A stretch of DNA of 38,905 nucleotides, from the UHGV virus genome UHGV-0112704. One strand, written 5' to 3'. Under the pieces are notes generated by a model that saw nothing but the letters and a program-made list of their open reading frames with translations, searched no databases and was not told where the DNA came from. Made by a program: the position numbers and the translations under genes. The DNA is from a virus. This document shows positions 34,970-38,905 of the stretch, one piece after another; position 1 is the first letter of the stretch; each line of letters begins with the position of its first letter.

Positions 34970-35107
34970 CGTAAAACCCGCGCAAGGCGGGATTCACGTC
35001 CGGTGCCACCGACCAAAGTTACACCGGAATTTATACCAAACCAAAAAACATCCAATGGGCGCTATCTCTGGCCCGGGGATTCTAACACTCAAAAAAGAGG
35101 ATCTCAC

Positions 35108-37771
35108 ATGGAATTTTTCCATCTGATAAAAGCCAGTCAGAAGTCTGGCAAGAAAGATGCAGTGATTTGGTTCACTGCGAAAAGTGTAGCGCGCGCCAAT
35201 CTCCAACTCGATGTGGCACTGGAAGAAGCCGGAATTGAAGAAACTGGCCGCGGTAAAGATTATGCCAAACCAATCCGCACCGATTTCCCGGTATATGACG
35301 ACCTGCCGGAAGAAGGCGCAGTGGATTACACCTGGTGCAAACGCTACGAACTGCAGAACGATGACCGCACCTGGCTGCCAAAAGTCACAGCTGAAAACTC
35401 TGACGAGAAAACGGCTCAGACCGTTGATAGTCACATAACTACTGAGTCAACGCTGCCAGAAACCGCTGGCATCACGCTGGACGAACACGACGACGACTCA
35501 ACCCTCTACCCGGTAGTGCAGATGCCGTTTCGTAAGCAACTGCTTTCCCAGTTCACCGCCGACGAACTGCGCCACCACGTAACCCGCGAAGAGTACGAAG
35601 CTATCGGCGCGCTGGAGATGGACACTGATAACAGTTACGTCCAGAACTTGCTGTTAGCTGCTGAGAACTGCCCGGAAGTGAAGGGTTACGACACCAAAGA
35701 CCTGTGGCGCTACACCGATGCCATTCGCAAAGTGTTCAGCCAGGACAAGCGTCACGAACTCGCGCTGGTACTCCGTTTCACCAGAATGTGGGCGGCGACT
35801 GATTACATTGACCGTGGCATCCTGGCGCGTGAATGGGCTGCCGGTAATCACATCAGTAGTGTTCAGCGTACTGATTCCGGAACCAATGCCAACGGCGGTT
35901 ATGTCACTGACCGTGGACCTGATGCATACCATACCCTTGACACTCTCGATTTAGAGATTGCATGTGCCCTTCTGCCTATGGACTTCAACCATCTGGAAAT
36001 CCCGGGCAGCATCCACCGCCGCGCCAAGGAGATTGTCGCGAACAAAGAAGAACCATGGAAATCATGGAGCAAAATCCTGCGCAACCAGCCCGGCGTTCTG
36101 GCTGTTAACCGCGCGGCCATCTTCAACCTGGTGCGCATCGCGCCTGAGAATATCCACCTAACGCCGGTTGCTCATCTGGAGTTCGTAAACCAGACGATGA
36201 CGGCTGAATTTAATGCTGCGACTGAGTTGCTGCCTATTTATGGCAATAGCGAGCATAAGCAGGAAGTAGTTACCCAGGAAATGGTAGATGCGGCATGGCA
36301 GAAGGTTGATGAAGTGTTGGAAGAGTTTCATGGCGAGTTGAACGCCGGTGAACAAAAACGACCTGAACCTGCGCTTTCTGTTGTGGATCTGATGCGCCAG
36401 CGCGCTGCTGATGAAAGGCTTCACCCAGCAAACATTGAAGCAACCTCCACTGATAGCCAGCCTCAGGTCGCTAACCTCGGCGGCGGCATGTTCTCCATTG
36501 ATGGCCTGATGAGCGAAAAACAACCACAAACAGATGACCGTTCACCGGTTACAGAGGAGACCACCAGCGATGTGCAGATGGAAGAGACTGACCCGGCGGA
36601 AGGAGAAACTGGTAACACGGTTCCACCAGGCGAAAGCTCTGATGCAGCTGATCCGCAAACAGCTTCCCTGACCCCGGCTGAGGTTCTGGCTGCCGTGGCG
36701 CCGGAGCTGGCGAACGACTCACAGCCGGAAATGACCACCGAAGCACCGGAGGAAATCGCCAGCACGCCGGAATACCCTGCCTATTTCGAACCGGGCCGCT
36801 ATGAAGGCCTGCCGAACAACATTTACCACGCAGCGAACGGGATCAGCAGCACCCAGTTGAAAGATGCGCGCGTTAGCCTGATGTTCTATCACGGTCGCCA
36901 CGTGACCAAGACAATCCGTCGCGAGAGCAGCGAGGCGCTGACGTTCGGTAGCCTGTCTCACACGATGGCACTGGAACCGGAAAAGCTTCACGAAGAGTTC
37001 GCGGTGTTCCCGGGCGTTCCGGAGGGAGCATTTACCACTACCGACTCCATGAAGGCGTTCATCCGCGAATTTAATGCGGATAAGCCAAAGGCCGAGCAAC
37101 TGAAGCTCACAGGCAAGAAAGAGGAACTGCAGGCGGCGATCCGCGCGGTGAATCCGGATGCCATTTTCGCTGATGAGTTCGAGCAGGAATGGCGAGATAG
37201 CGTTGCCGGGAAAACCATCCTGTCCAGTGAGCAGTTGGCGCTGGCCACGGCAATTCAGCAGGCCCTGCTTAACCATGAATCGGCCGGAAAACTACTGCGC
37301 CACCCTTCCCGTTCAGTCGAAACCAGTTACTTCGGTATGGACGACGAAACTGGCCTTGAAGTCCGTGTACGCCCGGACCTTGAGGTTGAAATAAACGGCG
37401 TTCGTATCGGCGTTGACCTGAAAACGATCAGCATGGGCCGCGTTAAGCAGGAAGGCCTGCGCGCCAAGCTGCACCGGGAAATCATCGACCGCGATTACCA
37501 CCTCAGCGCGGGCATGTACTGCAGCGTCGCTGACTTTGATCAGTTCTTCTGGATCTTCGTTAACAAAGACGAGGGTTACCACTGGGTTGCGGTCATTGAG
37601 GCTTCGGAGGAACTGCTGGCGCTTGGCCGAGAGGAATATCAGAAAACCATGCGCGCCCTGGCTAAGGCTTATGACACCAACTGCTGGCCTGCGCCGATCA
37701 CCGAAGACTACACCGACGAACTGAACGACTTCGACCTGCGCCGCCTTGAAGCGCTGCGTACTCAGGCATAA
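35108..37771 (+). CDS. recE: exodeoxyribonuclease VIII (RecE-like)
   Basis: 887 aa from the ATG at 35108 (AAGAGGA upstream); blocks TDFPVYDDLPEEGAVDYTWCKRYEL and DYIDRGILAREWAAGNHISSVQRTDSGTNANGGYVTDRG resemble E. coli RecE as I recall it; acidic Pro/Glu-rich linker; C-terminal nuclease-like domain; followed by an annealing-protein gene. Confidence 0.7.
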   Translation: MEFFHLIKASQKSGKKDAVIWFTAKSVARANLQLDVALEEAGIEETGRGKDYAKPIRTDFPVYDDLPEEGAVDYTWCKRYELQNDDRTWLPKVTAENSDEKTAQTVDSHITTESTLPETAGITLDEHDDDSTLYPVVQMPFRKQLLSQFTADELRHHVTREEYEAIGALEMDTDNSYVQNLLLAAENCPEVKGYDTKDLWRYTDAIRKVFSQDKRHELALVLRFTRMWAATDYIDRGILAREWAAGNHISSVQRTDSGTNANGGYVTDRGPDAYHTLDTLDLEIACALLPMDFNHLEIPGSIHRRAKEIVANKEEPWKSWSKILRNQPGVLAVNRAAIFNLVRIAPENIHLTPVAHLEFVNQTMTAEFNAATELLPIYGNSEHKQEVVTQEMVDAAWQKVDEVLEEFHGELNAGEQKRPEPALSVVDLMRQRAADERLHPANIEATSTDSQPQVANLGGGMFSIDGLMSEKQPQTDDRSPVTEETTSDVQMEETDPAEGETGNTVPPGESSDAADPQTASLTPAEVLAAVAPELANDSQPEMTTEAPEEIASTPEYPAYFEPGRYEGLPNNIYHAANGISSTQLKDARVSLMFYHGRHVTKTIRRESSEALTFGSLSHTMALEPEKLHEEFAVFPGVPEGAFTTTDSMKAFIREFNADKPKAEQLKLTGKKEELQAAIRAVNPDAIFADEFEQEWRDSVAGKTILSSEQLALATAIQQALLNHESAGKLLRHPSRSVETSYFGMDDETGLEVRVRPDLEVEINGVRIGVDLKTISMGRVKQEGLRAKLHREIIDRDYHLSAGMYCSVADFDQFFWIFVNKDEGYHWVAVIEASEELLALGREEYQKTMRALAKAYDTNCWPAPITEDYTDELNDFDLRRLEALRTQA

Positions 37772-37776
37772 GGGGA

Positions 37777-38898
37777 ATGACGATGGAAAACATGAATATC
37801 GTAAATGCGGAGCAGCAGGCTCCAAACACTATCTCTGCCAGCAACGCCATCTTCAATGTGCAGGCGTTAACCCAGCTGCAGGCAGTTGCCGGTTTGATGG
37901 CGCAGGCCGCCGTAACGGTCCCTGAACATCTTCGCGGCAACCCAGCTGACTGCATGGCCATCATCATGCAGGCTATGCAGTGGGGCATGAACCCGTACGC
38001 GGTGGCGCAGAAAACGCACCTGGTCAACGGCGTGCTGGGGTACGAAGCGCAACTGGTGAACGCGGTGATCTCCAGCTCTAACGCCATTGTGGGCCGCTTC
38101 CATTATGAGTACGAGGGTGACTGGTCGAAATGCGCCAGCAGCCGCGAAGAGATAGTGAAGAAGCCAGCAAAAGGCGGCGGGACGTACGACAAGAAAGAAA
38201 TGGTACGCGGCTGGACCAGCGCCGACGAGCAAGGCCTGTCGGTTCGTGTGGGTGCCGTCATTCGCGGCGAAAGCGAAATCACCTGGGGCGAACCGGTGTT
38301 CCTCTCCAGTGTGATTACGCGTAACTCTCCGCTGTGGATTTCGAATCCGAAGCAGCAGATCGCGTATCTGGCCCTCAAATACTGGGCGCGCCTGTACTGC
38401 CCAGCAGTTGTTCTGGGCGTGTACACACCTGATGAAGTGGAGCAGCGCACCGAGAAGGAGATTAACCCGGCCCCCGCCCAGCGCGTAAGCCTGTCTGATA
38501 TCAAAAGTGACAGCGTAACAACAACGCACAGCGCGCAGGAATCGGCGGCAAACATTGACGCTATGGCCGATGAGTTCCGGGATCGTATTGAAGCGACGCA
38601 GGACGTGGATAACGCCAAAGCAGTTCGGGCCGACATCGAAAGCGCCAAGAACACCTTGGGCTCTGCACTGTATACCGAGCTGAAAAATAAGGCCGTGAAG
38701 CGTTACCACTTGGTGGATGCGTATAACCGGGTCGAGGCAGCAATCAACTCCCTGCCGCAGCCCGGCGAACCGGATGGTGCCGAGCGCTTCGAGGAAGTCG
38801 AGCGCGTGCTGGCGTCAGCCAAACGTCACTTGGGCGATGAGCTGCACGATAAGTTCAGCATCACCCTGGCGGATATGAAACCGGAATACGTGGCCTGA
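37777..38898 (+). CDS. RecT/Red-beta-family single-strand annealing protein
   Basis: Block ADCMAIIMQAMQWGMNPYAVAQKTHLVNGVLGYEAQL resembles the conserved annealing-protein core; partner position after RecE. Start may be the ATG at 37783 (AAGGGG 7 nt upstream). Longer than E. coli RecT, with a C-terminal extension. Confidence 0.55.
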   Translation: MTMENMNIVNAEQQAPNTISASNAIFNVQALTQLQAVAGLMAQAAVTVPEHLRGNPADCMAIIMQAMQWGMNPYAVAQKTHLVNGVLGYEAQLVNAVISSSNAIVGRFHYEYEGDWSKCASSREEIVKKPAKGGGTYDKKEMVRGWTSADEQGLSVRVGAVIRGESEITWGEPVFLSSVITRNSPLWISNPKQQIAYLALKYWARLYCPAVVLGVYTPDEVEQRTEKEINPAPAQRVSLSDIKSDSVTTTHSAQESAANIDAMADEFRDRIEATQDVDNAKAVRADIESAKNTLGSALYTELKNKAVKRYHLVDAYNRVEAAINSLPQPGEPDGAERFEEVERVLASAKRHLGDELHDKFSITLADMKPEYVA

Positions 38899-38905
38899 CG
38901 AGACC

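Noticed and set aside
35003-35107. N-terminal extension of the RecE-like ORF
   Set aside because: The in-frame ATG at 35108 has an AAGAGGA ribosome-binding site and the upstream residues lie across a hairpin and intergenic sequence.
36158-38709. Minus-strand ORFs inside the RecE-like and annealing-protein genes (for example 36719-37276, 37313-37825, 37867-38709)
   Set aside because: Arg/Ala/Gly-rich translations typical of antisense frames in GC-rich coding sequence; the plus-strand genes have motif support.
1-38905. CRISPR array, integrase or attachment site
   Set aside because: No series of regularly spaced direct repeats was seen; the only repeat cluster is the origin iteron set inside the O-like gene. 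No integrase-like ORF is present, and the window begins and ends inside phage genes.

Overview
This window is an internal ~39 kb segment of a mosaic temperate phage or prophage from an enterobacterium (about 50% GC in core genes). No integrase or attachment site is visible, so both prophage ends lie outside the window. All calls come from reading the sequence and the supplied ORF track and from recalled family motifs; no database search was run, so product names beyond the strongly motif-supported ones are provisional.

Layout, left to right:
- 1-19301 (minus strand): a Mu-like virion module in canonical order, from terminase small and large subunits through portal, head proteins, sheath, tube, tape measure and baseplate to the 5' part of a tail fibre gene that runs off the window start. 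A DUF4236 gene sits on the opposite strand inside the baseplate block.
- 19389-19949 (plus): a YfbU-family moron.
- 19975-21297 (minus): a P21-type lysis cassette (pinholin, SAR endolysin, Rz with embedded Rz1).
- 21577-23147 (minus): an AT-rich, translationally coupled Hanks-type Ser/Thr kinase plus PP2C phosphatase pair.
- 23148-24187: about 1 kb with no ORF of 60 codons or more on either strand, carrying several intrinsic terminators and a pR'-like promoter.
- 24188-30982 (minus): a Q-like antiterminator and a nin-type region (NinG/Rap, DUF1367, DinI-like, small zinc-ribbon proteins) interrupted by an AT-rich island of oppositely oriented or degraded genes.
- 30985-32768 (minus): a lambda O-like initiator with ori iterons inside the gene, then YdaT-like and Cro/YdaS-like genes.
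- 32871-34235 (plus): a cI-like repressor co-transcribed with a two-gene AT-rich cassette and closed by a strong terminator.
- 34274-38898 (plus): a pL-like promoter, two small proteins, RecE and a RecT/Red-beta-family annealing protein.

The two best candidates for an undescribed system are the kinase/phosphatase pair in the Q-to-lysis cargo site and the two-gene cassette downstream of the repressor.
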